Positions 46,784 through 56,712 are shown, counted from the first letter of the stretch. The stretch is DNA of 64,000 bases from an uncultured Thermoplasmatales archaeon (GCA_964581775.1 CAZOQA010000005.1:52-64051); one strand, 5' to 3'. Translations and numbers: made by a program. Notes: generated by a model from the letters alone, not told the origin.

Positions 46784-46905
46784 GGACCCAGGAGCCCGGG
46801 CGGGGGGTTCGAAGGTTCCGGTTCCGTGTCGGGCTAAAGCGGCGACGAGGAGCGCAAAAGGCTCGCTTCCGCAACGTTATCCTCCGCGTGAGGGGTGTCC
46901 GTGCC

Positions 46906-47223
46906 ATGCGAGTGATGGCGTTCTTCTCCATCCATCCGATCGGCGAGGGTGACAGCTTGGCTGAACCGATCTCGAACGCGGTGAAGGTGATCCAGAAGAG
47001 CGGTCTCGAGCACGAGGTGGGTGCCTCGGGCACGACGATCGTGGGCGAGTGGGACGAGGTGATGACCGTCGTGGAGCGCTGCCACGAGGTCGTCGGTCAG
47101 GACGGTACGCGCGTGAACAGCGTGTTGGAGATCGATTGGGAGCCGGGCCTCGAGGAGGGAGCCATCCAGGACAAGGTCGACCGCGTGATGCGAGAGGTCG
47201 AGGCCTCCCCGGAGGATTCATAA
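46906..47223 (+). CDS. MTH1187/YkoF thiamine-binding family protein
   Basis: FSIHPIG, IQKSGL.HEVGASGT.IVGEWDEVM. Confidence 0.88.
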   Translation: MRVMAFFSIHPIGEGDSLAEPISNAVKVIQKSGLEHEVGASGTTIVGEWDEVMTVVERCHEVVGQDGTRVNSVLEIDWEPGLEEGAIQDKVDRVMREVEASPEDS

Positions 47224-47254
47224 CCTTTCGCGGTTCCTTGTTAGCGGTGACCGC

Positions 47255-47641
47255 GTGCGGGTCGTGAGCGTATCCCTGCCTGAGGAGCTCGTTCAGCGGG
47301 TCGACCGCCTGGCCCAGCAGGGCGAGTACAGCGGCCGAAGCCAGGTGTTCCGGGCCGCGCTTCGCCCGTTCTTAGACGTTTCCGAGTCGGACGGGGAACG
47401 GACGGGTCACGCGACGGCGACGCTGACGCTTTGCTACGAGGAGTCCGAAAGCGAGCTTGTGAACCGGCGTCGCCACGAGCACGGGGACCCCGTGACGACG
47501 ATGGTGCACGGCCACATCGAGGAGCACCGGTGCCTGGAGGTCCTCGTGCTCGAGGGGCAGGCCGGTCAGATTCGGGACCTTGCGGACGACCTGCGGGGCC
47601 GCAAGGGCGTCCACCAGGTCGAGCTGATCTGGACCTCCTGA
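47255..47641 (+). CDS. NikR-family (RHH plus ACT) metal-responsive regulator
   Basis: VSVSLPEEL...YSGRS..FR.ALR; HEH...MVHGHIEEHRCLEV metal-site His/His/His/Cys. Confidence 0.88.
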   Translation: MRVVSVSLPEELVQRVDRLAQQGEYSGRSQVFRAALRPFLDVSESDGERTGHATATLTLCYEESESELVNRRRHEHGDPVTTMVHGHIEEHRCLEVLVLEGQAGQIRDLADDLRGRKGVHQVELIWTS

Positions 47642-47649
47642 CCGCATCA

Positions 47650-47691
47650 TAACAAAACAGGTCTTCACAGTTAACAATCGATTACTAGTAA
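47650..47691. promoter_or_regulatory. AT-rich promoter/operator of the metal ABC operon
   Basis: TAAC-N16-GTTA inverted repeat (47650-47673) and perfect palindrome TTACTAGTAA (47682-47691). Confidence 0.45.
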
Positions 47692-47712
47692 ACGGGCGGT
47701 GGTCCCCCCATC

Positions 47713-48657
47713 ATGGAGACCCGCCCGCTGCCCCTCCTCGTCGCCGCCGCGCTCCTCTGCGCCGGCTGCCTCGGGCCGCTTGCCGACGCGGACGCCGACG
47801 CCCCCGACGTGGTGGTCACCCACTACCCCATCCACTTCCTCGCCTCCCAGATCGCCGGCGACAACGTCACCGTCGAACCCCTCGTCGACGGCCTCCAAGC
47901 CCACAACTACGACCCCAGCGTCCAAGACCGCCTCCGCGTCGAACAAGCCCCCCTCGTCATCTACCAAGGCGCCCAGTTCGACCCCTGGCTCGAACAGATG
48001 GCCCACGACCGAGACGAAGCCACCACGCTCGAGCTCGCATCCACCGTCCAACTGATCGACCACCGAGACGAGCACGACCCGGAACGAGAAGACCCCGACG
48101 ACGAGCACGCCCACGCGTCAGGGGACCTCGACCCGCACACATGGACCGACCCCGTCAACATGATCCACCACGCCCACGCCGTCCACGACGCCCTCGCCCA
48201 GACCTTCCCCCAGCACGCAGACGCCTTCGACCACCGCACCCAACGCCTCACCGAAGACCTCGACACCCTCCACACAGCCTACCAGACGACGCTTGCCACC
48301 TGCGAGATCCGGACCCTCGTCGTCAACCACAACGCCTTCGCCTACCTCGGCGAACGCTACAACCTCACCATCGAAAGCGCGCACGGGCTCAGCCCCGACG
48401 CCGAACCCTCCGCACGCACCCTCGACCGCCTCATCGACCTCGTCCAAGACAACAACATCTCCACCGTGTTCCACGAGGACTTCCTCCCCCCCGACGTGAT
48501 CGAGATCATCGCCGACGAGACCGGCGCCCAAACCGAGACGCTCTCCCCCCTCGGCGCCCTCCCCCCCGACGCCGGCCCCGACGAGGACTACATCACGCTC
48601 ATGGGAACCAACCTCGACCAGCTCGCGAACGCCATGCGCTGCGATCCCCCACGATGA
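47713..48657 (+). CDS. Zn/Mn ABC transporter substrate-binding lipoprotein (ZnuA-like)
   Basis: Lipobox LCAGC; AHNYDP, His/acid-rich loop, DPHTW, NHNAFAYL, HE. Confidence 0.92.
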   Translation: METRPLPLLVAAALLCAGCLGPLADADADAPDVVVTHYPIHFLASQIAGDNVTVEPLVDGLQAHNYDPSVQDRLRVEQAPLVIYQGAQFDPWLEQMAHDRDEATTLELASTVQLIDHRDEHDPEREDPDDEHAHASGDLDPHTWTDPVNMIHHAHAVHDALAQTFPQHADAFDHRTQRLTEDLDTLHTAYQTTLATCEIRTLVVNHNAFAYLGERYNLTIESAHGLSPDAEPSARTLDRLIDLVQDNNISTVFHEDFLPPDVIEIIADETGAQTETLSPLGALPPDAGPDEDYITLMGTNLDQLANAMRCDPPR

Positions 48658-49427
48658 ACGACCCCGACAGAGACCCCGTGCTCGAAGCCCAAAGCCTCAC
48701 CCTGCACCGAGGCGACGCCCCCATCCTCACAGACATCACCCTCACCATCCACCCCAGCGAGTTCGTGGGCCTTGTCGGACCCAACGGCGCCGGGAAATCC
48801 ACCCTTCTGAGGACGCTGCTGGGGCTTCTTGAGCCCACCAGCGGGCACGCCCGATGCTTCGGGCACCCCTCCGGAACCTTCGACGCCTGGGGCCAGGTCG
48901 GCTTCGTGCCGCAGCACGCCGTCGACGTGGACCCCACCTTCCCCGCCACCGCTCTCGAGATCGCTCTCCTGGGCAGAACCCCCACCCGAGGCCTGCTACG
49001 CCGCTGGAAGCGCGAAGACGAAGACGCCGCCCGCCAGGCCCTCTCTCGCGTGGGCGTAGAGCACCTTGCCGACCGCTCGATCGGCACGCTCAGCGGAGGC
49101 GAGCGCCAGCGCGTCTTCCTCGCCCAAGCCCTCGCCCGCGAACCCGAGCTCTTGATGCTGGACGAACCCACCGCAGGCGTGGACCCCTCCGCGCGAGAAG
49201 ACTTCTACAACCTCATCGACGGCCTCAACCACCAAGCCGGACTCACGATCCTGCTCGTCAGCCACGACCTCCAGGCCGTACAGCTTTGCTGCCATCGCCT
49301 CGTAGCCCTGAACAACCGTATCGTCTACGACGGCCCCCCCGACGGGTTCGAAGACGCCGGCGGGCTTAGCCGAGCCTACGAGATGCACGTCTCCCATCAC
49401 CCCGACCGCTCGGAGGAGATCAGCTGA
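48654..49427 (+). CDS. Metal ABC transporter ATP-binding protein (ZnuC-like)
   Basis: GPNGAGKST, LSGGERQR, LDEPTAGVD, VSHD. Confidence 0.94.
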   Translation: MNDPDRDPVLEAQSLTLHRGDAPILTDITLTIHPSEFVGLVGPNGAGKSTLLRTLLGLLEPTSGHARCFGHPSGTFDAWGQVGFVPQHAVDVDPTFPATALEIALLGRTPTRGLLRRWKREDEDAARQALSRVGVEHLADRSIGTLSGGERQRVFLAQALAREPELLMLDEPTAGVDPSAREDFYNLIDGLNHQAGLTILLVSHDLQAVQLCCHRLVALNNRIVYDGPPDGFEDAGGLSRAYEMHVSHHPDRSEEIS

Positions 49428-50251
49428 TGGTCCTCGAACTGTTCCTCGAGCACGGGTTCCTGCAGCTTGCCCTCGTAGCCAGCTCCCTGATGGCCGTTTT
49501 GGCCGGCGCGCTGGGCGTGCCCCTGGTGCTTCGCGAGATGTCGATGTTCGGTCACGGGTTCGCGCACGTGAGCTACGCAGGCATCGCGTTGGGCCTGTTC
49601 GCGGGGGTTTACCCGCTGGGGACCGCCCTGCTGGTGACGGCGTTGGCGGCCGTCGGGATCGAGTGGCTTCGGAGCGCGGGTAAGCTGAAAGGCGATACGT
49701 CGTTGGCGATCGTGGTAAGCGTGGGGTTCGCGGCGGGCGTGGTCCTCGTCGGGTTGGCGGGGGGGTTCAGCGCGGACATCGGCGCGTACTTGTTCGGGTC
49801 TCCGTTCACGGTCTCTGTTCAGGATGTCTACCTGATGGTCCCGTTGGGGGTGCTCATCTTGGGCTCGTTCGCGCTATTGTATAAGGAGATCCTGTTCGTT
49901 ACGTTCGATGAGGAGGGTGCCCGTCTTGCGGGGGTGCCTGTGTCGTCGATCAACGTGGTGCTCGTGGTGTTGACGGCGGGCACGATCGTGATGGGCATCC
50001 GCGTGGTGGGGTTGCTTTTGGTGGCGTCGCTTCTGGTGATCCCGGCGGCGACGGCCTTGCAGGTGTCGCGGAGCTTCAAGGGGGCGATCGCGGGCTCGAT
50101 GGCGGTGAGCTTGGTGAGCGCGGTCGTGGGGTTGGGGTTGGCGGTCGGGTACGATCTCGCTTCGGGGGGCACGATCGTGTTGACGGCCGCGGCGGTGTTC
50201 GGCGTCGTGGCGGGGGCGCGCCGGGCGGGGTGGGTCGAGGGTCCGGCGTAG
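49427..50251 (+). CDS. Metal ABC transporter permease (ZnuB-like)
   Basis: FGHGFAHVSYAGIA, AYLFGS, VTFDEEGA...G, VGLLLVASLLVIPA. Confidence 0.93.
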   Translation: MVLELFLEHGFLQLALVASSLMAVLAGALGVPLVLREMSMFGHGFAHVSYAGIALGLFAGVYPLGTALLVTALAAVGIEWLRSAGKLKGDTSLAIVVSVGFAAGVVLVGLAGGFSADIGAYLFGSPFTVSVQDVYLMVPLGVLILGSFALLYKEILFVTFDEEGARLAGVPVSSINVVLVVLTAGTIVMGIRVVGLLLVASLLVIPAATALQVSRSFKGAIAGSMAVSLVSAVVGLGLAVGYDLASGGTIVLTAAAVFGVVAGARRAGWVEGPA

Positions 50252-50254
50252 GCG

Positions 50255-50959
50255 TTAGGCGTGGAAGGCGACGGGGCGGCCTGTTCGCGGGTCCGTGGGG
50301 GGGTCTTCGGGGAGAAGCTGGGCGCGGCCTTGTGCGGCGCGGTGGGCGCTTTGGGCCATCGCGGCGGCGTCGAGGATCTTGCGTGGCTGGGCGTCGGGCG
50401 CGGTGAGCTTGTCGGTGTCCCAGCCTTCTTGTTCGAGGAGCTGGGAGCGTTCCAGCAGCGCGTTGTAGGCGTCCCCGTAGTGCTCAAGGGGGCCTTCCCC
50501 GCCGTGGGATTCGTGGAGGAGGGTGTAGGTGACCTCGGGGTGGCCTTCGAGGATGCGGTCGTCGTGGGCGGCCGCTTGCGTGACGGTTTGGACGCGGTGT
50601 CGTCCGTGCCAGATGGGGCGCGGGAGGGGGGGCCAGTCGTTCTCTTCGCACCAGGCTTGGGCTTCGTGGTAGTGGTTGGCTTCGAACACTTTGGGCGGGG
50701 GCGTGAGGAAGATGCGGTCTTGGTGCTCTCCGAGCATGTGGCGGGCGGCCGTCTCGCAGGCGCGGCGCCCGTCGGCGTGCCCTTCGGGGTCGTCGTGGCC
50801 CGTGGCGATGTCGACCATGATCCGTTCGGCGTCGCGGGCGTGGTCGAGCACGTCGTCGAACGTGGCGAACAGCTCGACGTGCTCGGGGGCTCCGTCGAGG
50901 AGCGTGACGGTCCAGTAGCCTTCGCGTTGGCGGGCATCGGCGCCGACGACGCGCGTCAC
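50255..50959 (-). CDS. DUF429 (RNase H-like) domain protein
   Basis: VVGAD, VDIATG, R.C...AR..L, ILEGHPEV, LDAAA. Confidence 0.75.
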   Translation of the reverse strand: MTRVVGADARQREGYWTVTLLDGAPEHVELFATFDDVLDHARDAERIMVDIATGHDDPEGHADGRRACETAARHMLGEHQDRIFLTPPPKVFEANHYHEAQAWCEENDWPPLPRPIWHGRHRVQTVTQAAAHDDRILEGHPEVTYTLLHESHGGEGPLEHYGDAYNALLERSQLLEQEGWDTDKLTAPDAQPRKILDAAAMAQSAHRAAQGRAQLLPEDPPTDPRTGRPVAFHA

Positions 50960-51001
50960 GGCGCGGGAAGCGGAGGCGTGGCGGTCAAGCCTTTCGGGGG
51001 G

Positions 51002-51379
51002 TCAACATGTGGAGTGGATCAGCGCGCCCACCGCTTCCTCCTCGCGGGCCAACCGGTTGTACCGGTCCACGGCTTGGTTGGTTTCGAGCACCTCCACCGT
51101 GACATCCTGCTCGTGCAGCCACTTCAGGGTCGCCTCTTGGACCTGGAGGCGCTCGTTTTGACCTTTCGAGAGGATCACGTGCTGGGCGTCGTTCTGGACG
51201 AGTTCTTCCACGTCCGCGATCTGGATGCCGGGCGTGTGGCTTGTGCCGGTCTCGTTCCAGTCCCAGCCTCGGGCGCCGCCGGGCCAGAGCTTGGCGTCCC
51301 GGAACGACCCGTGACCCGGGACCTCGACGGTGCCCCAGGAGAGCTCGGCGATCTTGGGAGCTTGGTCAGGCATGGGCAT
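51002..51379 (-). CDS. Mth938/AAMDC-like domain protein
   Basis: RDAKLWPGG...WDW..TGTSH.PGIQ, T..AV..YN.L, LIHSTC. Confidence 0.9.
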   Translation of the reverse strand: MPMPDQAPKIAELSWGTVEVPGHGSFRDAKLWPGGARGWDWNETGTSHTPGIQIADVEELVQNDAQHVILSKGQNERLQVQEATLKWLHEQDVTVEVLETNQAVDRYNRLAREEEAVGALIHSTC

Positions 51380-51507
51380 CCCTTACACGCCTATGCGTTC
51401 TGCCGTACAGGAACCTTGGGCTGGGTCCAGGTCCCTCGCCGGCGTTTCGGGACCCCCCTCCCCCATGAACCTGCATCCTGGAGGGGGGCTTGTAGGTCGA
51501 AAAACTC

Positions 51508-52005
51508 ATGCCCTCTGAAGACGGACGACGACGCGTGCAGTGGCCCCCAGACATGGACACGGCCATCCGCCTTACGTGGCTCACGGCCGCTTTCTTCTTG
51601 CTCGTCGCCATCGTCTCGGGGATCGGCGAGCTTCTGGGATGGTGGAACCTCCCGGGCGAGCTGGGGATGAGCATCGGCGCCACGATGAGCATCGCCACGA
51701 CGCTTCTGGCCCTCGTCCTGACCGCGGGCCGCCGACAGGTCGAGACCCTGGACGCGGGTCTACGGTCGGTGGATCGGAACGTGACCTCCGTCTTCCAGGA
51801 AGTCCGCTCCGTCGATGACACCGTTCACAGCGTCGAGGGCCATGTCGAGACGAACGGGGACCGGTTGTCGCAGGTCGTAGAGGCGGTGGCCGGCGAGGAT
51901 GGGATGCTCAGGGAGCTGGATGCGATCGAGCTCGAGCTGGATGCCCAGACGGGCGTGCTCAGGGAACAGTTGGAGGTCCTCGGGGACGTACGGGACCGTC
52001 TTTGA
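51508..52005 (+). CDS. Two-TM membrane protein with coiled-coil tail
   Basis: Two hydrophobic helices, then V/L heptads; alternative start 51553. Confidence 0.6.
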   Translation: MPSEDGRRRVQWPPDMDTAIRLTWLTAAFFLLVAIVSGIGELLGWWNLPGELGMSIGATMSIATTLLALVLTAGRRQVETLDAGLRSVDRNVTSVFQEVRSVDDTVHSVEGHVETNGDRLSQVVEAVAGEDGMLRELDAIELELDAQTGVLREQLEVLGDVRDRL

Positions 52006-52025
52006 GCCCTGGCGGCGAGAGGGGG

Positions 52026-52592
52026 TTATGCGCGACCGATGCGGCGTTCCCACTCTTCCCGCAGCAGCCCGTAGAAGATCTTGTCCATCCACGTCTCGTC
52101 CCGCTTGGTGTGCCACCGTAGGCGTCCCTCCTCGTGGAAGCCGAAGCGTTCCAGGAGCTTCACGCTGGCCTCGTTGCCCTCCAGCACGATCCCGTACAGC
52201 TTCGTCAGATCCAAGCGCTCGAACGCGATCTCCAAGAGCAGATCGAACGCCTCGATGGCCAAGCCGCTTCCCCAGTACGGGCGCCCCAACCAGATCCCCA
52301 CCTCCGCGTTGCGGGACTCCATGTCCACGTTTGCCAAGGCCGCCATCCCCATCAGCGCGTCCGACTCCACATCGCACACGGCCAGGTGCACGCTCTCCCC
52401 CACCCGCAGCTCCTCCCTTGCCAGCGCGATCACCTTGGCCGCGTGCCCGCGCGTGTAAGGGTGCGGGAGCTCCGTCCAGCGCGAGACGCCCTCGTCGTTG
52501 GCCAGGGGGACCAGCTCGTCCAGGTCCTCGTCCTGGACGGGGCGAAGCCGGATGCGGATGCCCTCACGCGTGACGGCCTTGGGCTCGACCAC
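52026..52592 (-). CDS. RimJ/RimL-family GNAT acetyltransferase
   Basis: LRPVQDED, EVGIWLGRPYWGSG, NEASVKLLERFGF..EG. Confidence 0.92.
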   Translation of the reverse strand: MVEPKAVTREGIRIRLRPVQDEDLDELVPLANDEGVSRWTELPHPYTRGHAAKVIALAREELRVGESVHLAVCDVESDALMGMAALANVDMESRNAEVGIWLGRPYWGSGLAIEAFDLLLEIAFERLDLTKLYGIVLEGNEASVKLLERFGFHEEGRLRWHTKRDETWMDKIFYGLLREEWERRIGRA

Positions 52593-52652
52593 GCCCCTGC
52601 TACAGGCTGCTTTAGTTAAAAACGAGGGCCTCAGGCCCCGCCGAGCGGGCGG

Positions 52653-53942
52653 TCACGGTTGTTGACCCGTGACGTCCTCCACGATGTCCCAGAACTCCTC
52701 CCGGGAGACCCCTTGCTGGGATCGGGTCCTCTCCCGGAACTCGCGCACGAACGCGCGGGCCTCCTCCTTGCCGCGGGCCTCAATCTTGGCCTTGATCTCG
52801 TCCGCGATCTCTGAAAGCTTAGCATCGTCCGCGTCGATCCCGTTGCGCTCCAACCGGTCCTTGACCGCCGCCGTCCCCGTGTGCTTGCCGAACACGAAGC
52901 GACGCTCGTGCCCGACCTCGTCGGGTTGCATGGGCTCGTAGGTGAGCGTGTTCGCGAGCACCCCGTGCGTGTGGATGCCCGACTCGTGCGTGAACGCGTT
53001 CGATCCCACGACCGGCTTCATCTGGTCGACGGGGACGCCGCTTGCCTCCTCGACCTTCTGGCTGAGCTCGTAGAGCCTCTCCGTCTTGATGCCCGTGTCC
53101 ACGTCGTAGAGGTCCTCAAGCGCCATCACGACCTCCTCGAACGCCGTGTTGCCCGCGCGCTCCCCGATCCCGTTCACGGCCGTGTTCAGGTTTGGGACGC
53201 CCGACTGGAAGGCTGCCAGCGCGTTCGCGGTGCCCAACCCGAAGTCGTTGTGGTTGTGGAACCCCCACTCGGGCGCGCCCGGCCGGCCCCCGGGCGGGCC
53301 CTCGGGCACGCCCAGCTCGCGCATCTTCTCGAAGAACCAGGATGTCGCGGGCGGCGTCATCACGCCGACCGTGTCCGAGAAGAGCACACGCTCGGCGCCC
53401 GCCTCGATGGCCGCCTTGTAGAGGCGCGCCACGAACTCGGGGTCCGCGCGCACCGTGTCCTCGGTCACGAACGTGGTCTTCAGGCCGTGGTCGACCGCGT
53501 ACTCGACCGCGTCGACGGCCATCTCGACGCACTCGTCTCGGGTCGTCTTGAGCTTGTGCTCGAGGTGCACATCCGAGCAGGCTATGAAGGGGACGCACTC
53601 GTCGCAGTCCGCTTTGAGCACCGCGTCGATGTCGCTTCGCACCGTCCGCGCGGCGCCCATGATGCTGGCGTGCTCGAGGCCTTCGTCCGCGATGGCTTTG
53701 ATGCTCTGTTGCTCGCCTTGGCTGATGGCTGGGATCCCGCAGTTGAGGATGTCGCAGCCGATCTCGTCTAGCAGCTTGGCTAGCTCGACTTTCTCCTCGG
53801 TGGAGTAGTAGACGCCAGGGGTCTGCTCCCCGTCGCGGAGTGTTTCATCCCAGATCACGAGCTCGTCGGGTAGATCGAACCCGTGGCTGCCTTCCACGGT
53901 CCAGTTGTGCAGGCCTTGGCGTTCGTCCCAGGCGCGCGTCAT
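52653..53942 (-). CDS. Homocitrate synthase/isopropylmalate synthase family protein lacking the C-terminal regulatory domain
   Basis: DETLRDGEQTPG, HNHNDFGLGTAN, NGIGERAGN, NAFTHESGIH, GKHTG. Confidence 0.9.
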   Translation of the reverse strand: MTRAWDERQGLHNWTVEGSHGFDLPDELVIWDETLRDGEQTPGVYYSTEEKVELAKLLDEIGCDILNCGIPAISQGEQQSIKAIADEGLEHASIMGAARTVRSDIDAVLKADCDECVPFIACSDVHLEHKLKTTRDECVEMAVDAVEYAVDHGLKTTFVTEDTVRADPEFVARLYKAAIEAGAERVLFSDTVGVMTPPATSWFFEKMRELGVPEGPPGGRPGAPEWGFHNHNDFGLGTANALAAFQSGVPNLNTAVNGIGERAGNTAFEEVVMALEDLYDVDTGIKTERLYELSQKVEEASGVPVDQMKPVVGSNAFTHESGIHTHGVLANTLTYEPMQPDEVGHERRFVFGKHTGTAAVKDRLERNGIDADDAKLSEIADEIKAKIEARGKEEARAFVREFRERTRSQQGVSREEFWDIVEDVTGQQP

Positions 53943-54059
53943 CGCGGCACGGATACGCACGGGTCCTGATAAAGGTGCTCAGACCCTCCTCTCTGAGGAG
54001 GGGTGAAGAGAGAATAGAGAAGAAAAGGCCCGCGTGAGCGGGCTGGGGGCGGGAGTCCG

Positions 54060-54923
54060 TCAGACCAGCTGGGTGACCAAGCGCTGCACCGGCTCGGGCA
54101 GCTCCGTGAGCGGGATCAGGACGTCGGCCACGATCACGTAGGGGCCCACGGCGACGGTGGGGTCGTAGTCGAGCTCGACGTACCCCGCTGTGACGTTCGT
54201 GAACCGCAGCGTGGTCGTCGTGTGGTGGTCGCTGCCCGTCGTGTTGGCATCGACGATGGCCTCCTCTTCGGACTCGTCCTCGTAGATGGCGGTCGCGTTG
54301 GGCGCCCATTCGATGAACGCTTCGGGTTCCCCGGTGTCTTCGTCCTCGAATCCGAGGCCGTTCTCTGCGGGCTCGATCACCCAGTCGCTGGTGACCTCGA
54401 AATCGTAGGAGAGCTCGGAGTCGTCGCTCTGCCAGGGCCACTCTTGCACGTTGAGGTCGAACTTCGCGCTGTCGTCGCTCTCGTTGAAGTGGTAGACGAA
54501 CTCGAACGTGGCGGTCTCGTCGAGGAACCCATCACCTGGGGCTTTGACGCGCTCGGTGGCCGTGTACGTCACATTGACCCAGTCGCCTTCCTCTTCGACC
54601 GTGCATTGGCTGTTCTGGGGGTTGGCGTTCTCAAGCTTCATGGTGGCGAGCGCCTCGCCGTCCTCGACCTCCTCGATGGCCAGGGACTTGTACTGGTACA
54701 TCCCGTCGTTGCCTTCGCTCGTGTCGTTCTTCTTGTACAGTTGGAGCTGGGCCTTGGCCCCTTGGAACCAGATGCGGATATCGTCGTTGTCGACGACATC
54801 CGTGGGCAGGCAGGCAGGATGCCCTGGGGGCGACGGAGCTTGAGCCCCTGTGGATCCAAGCGCGGAGAGCGCTCCCGCGCTGGCAAGCAGGACCCCGATG
54901 ATCGCGATGGTTGCTCGGTTCAT
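54060..54923 (-). CDS. Secreted beta-rich acidic hypothetical protein
   Basis: Signal peptide MNRATIAII...GAQA; TATA-like ATATAT upstream. Confidence 0.7.
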   Translation of the reverse strand: MNRATIAIIGVLLASAGALSALGSTGAQAPSPPGHPACLPTDVVDNDDIRIWFQGAKAQLQLYKKNDTSEGNDGMYQYKSLAIEEVEDGEALATMKLENANPQNSQCTVEEEGDWVNVTYTATERVKAPGDGFLDETATFEFVYHFNESDDSAKFDLNVQEWPWQSDDSELSYDFEVTSDWVIEPAENGLGFEDEDTGEPEAFIEWAPNATAIYEDESEEEAIVDANTTGSDHHTTTTLRFTNVTAGYVELDYDPTVAVGPYVIVADVLIPLTELPEPVQRLVTQLV

Positions 54924-55056
54924 GAACGTCCCTCGGTACAGAGACAAATATATGGGATACTTAGCTCGTCCCCCGCCGCAAGCTCCCGGTTTCACGACCT
55001 TCGGGGCTCGGACCTCCCGAAGGGTTGACGTGCACATACGGGGCTGTTCTCTCTCG

Positions 55057-55323
55057 ATGGCGACGTTCTGGGGCATCGTCTGGTTCTTGATCATCGGCGG
55101 CCTCGCGGGTTGGCTTGCGGGTCTCCTGGTTCGTGGGTACGGGTTCGGTTTATTGGTCAACATCCTCATCGGAGCGGTGGGCGCCGTCTTGGGCGGCGTG
55201 CTCTTCGATGAGTTAGGCGTGGACACGGGGGAGGGGTTCCTCTGGCAGCTTGGCACAGCGCTCCTGGGCGCGCTGGTGTTGCTCGTGCTCGCCGGGTTGG
55301 CCAGCCGCTTGTTGCGGCGCTAG
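55057..55323 (+). CDS. GlsB/YeaQ/YmgE (transglycosylase-associated) stress membrane protein
   Basis: IIGGLAGWLA...G.G...NILIGAVGA.LGG. Confidence 0.88.
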   Translation: MATFWGIVWFLIIGGLAGWLAGLLVRGYGFGLLVNILIGAVGAVLGGVLFDELGVDTGEGFLWQLGTALLGALVLLVLAGLASRLLRR

Positions 55324-56666
55324 GGTCCCGATCGGGGGTGCACGTCGACCTTGACGGGTCCGGCGGGTCGAAGCGTGATGCTGGGCTCGATCTCGGGTCG
55401 TCCTTCTTGGGCCGGTGTCAACTGGAAGGCGGAGAGGATCCGGGCCAGGCATAGGCGCGTTTCGATCATGGCGAAGGAGTCCCCGATGCAGCGGCGCGGG
55501 CCTCCACCGAAGGGGAAGTGGGCGAACCGGGGCCGGGCGCCGTCGCGCTCGTCCAGCCATCGGGCGGGCTCGAAGCTGTCCGGGTCCTTCCAGAGGCGGG
55601 GGTCCCGGTGCACGACCCATTGGGGCATGAGCACCTGTGTGCCTTCGGGCAGGGTGTGACCGGAGACGGTGACGTCTTCCTGGGCCTCTCTCCCGATGGC
55701 CCACACGGGCGGCAAAAGCCGCATGGATTCGTCGATGACCGCGTCGAGCAGGGGGACCTGGTCGAGGCGCTCGAGCGTGGGGGCCTCGCCGTCGAGTACC
55801 TCGTCGAGACGATGGGCCAGACGAGCCTGGATATCGGGATGTGCGGCGAGCAGCCAGCTGGTCCAGGTGAGGCTCAAGGCCGTGGTCTCGTGCCCTGCAG
55901 CGAGGAAGGTGACCAGCTCGTCGCGTAGATCGTCGCGGTCCAGATCCGTGTCCGAGGCTTGGTAGGCTCGGATCAGGCGGCTCATCAGGTCCGACCCGAC
56001 GGAACCGTCGCGGCGGGTGATCAGCTCGTCCACGATGCCATGTAGGCGCGCTTTGGCTTTTCGGTACCGGATGTTCATGGGGAGCGGCATGGTCTTGGGC
56101 AGCATCATGAGCAGGCGGTTGTCGGAGCTGAACCGCTGCATCGTGGCGTCGAGGCTTGCGCCGATGGAGGCGGCTTGCTCGTCGAGGGTCACGTCGAAGA
56201 GCGTTTGAGCGGCGATGCGCAGGGTCAGGGTGGTCATGTCCTCGTGCAGGCTGCGCGTGGGGCTCGTGGCCCAGTCTTGGAGCAGGCGGTCGGTCTGGTC
56301 GAGCATCGCGGGCGCGTACTCGCGGATGCGTTTGGGGCGGAAGCTGGGCTGCGCCGTGGTTCGTCGTTTGCGCCATGCCTCGTCCTCGGCGACGAGCAGC
56401 CCGTTCCCCAGAGCGTCCCCGAGCGTCCAGCGTAGGTACTTGTGCTTCTGGAAGGCGTCGTTCTTCGTGATGAGCACCTGCTCGATGCCTTCGGGGTCGG
56501 CCATCTGCACGTAGCGCAGCTTGGCCATCCGGAACCGGGCTACAGGCCCGTGCTCTTCCCGGAGGTTCTCGAGGAAGGCAAGCGGTTCCCGCGTGAAGTG
56601 CGGGATGTTCCCGACGAGCGGCCAGCCGGAGACACCGGGCAGGGCGTCGTACGCGGACTTGGGCAC
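55320..56666 (-). CDS. Cytochrome P450
   Basis: AGHETT I-helix, ESMR (ExxR), FEPARW, FPFGGGPRRCIG heme-Cys motif. Confidence 0.96.
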   Translation of the reverse strand: MPKSAYDALPGVSGWPLVGNIPHFTREPLAFLENLREEHGPVARFRMAKLRYVQMADPEGIEQVLITKNDAFQKHKYLRWTLGDALGNGLLVAEDEAWRKRRTTAQPSFRPKRIREYAPAMLDQTDRLLQDWATSPTRSLHEDMTTLTLRIAAQTLFDVTLDEQAASIGASLDATMQRFSSDNRLLMMLPKTMPLPMNIRYRKAKARLHGIVDELITRRDGSVGSDLMSRLIRAYQASDTDLDRDDLRDELVTFLAAGHETTALSLTWTSWLLAAHPDIQARLAHRLDEVLDGEAPTLERLDQVPLLDAVIDESMRLLPPVWAIGREAQEDVTVSGHTLPEGTQVLMPQWVVHRDPRLWKDPDSFEPARWLDERDGARPRFAHFPFGGGPRRCIGDSFAMIETRLCLARILSAFQLTPAQEGRPEIEPSITLRPAGPVKVDVHPRSGP

Positions 56667-56712
56667 GGTGCCCGCACGAGCTTGGGGGGTGAAAGGCCTT
56701 CCCCGGCCCGTT

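Noticed and set aside
48141-48653. N-terminal extension of the ABC ATPase ORF
   Set aside because: Overlaps znuA out of frame; the true start at 48654 is coupled to the znuA stop
54998-55023. 8-bp hairpin CCTTCGGG/CCCGAAGG upstream of the YeaQ-like gene
   Set aside because: Short GC-rich stems are expected by chance at this GC content; no promoter/terminator framing or known riboswitch motif
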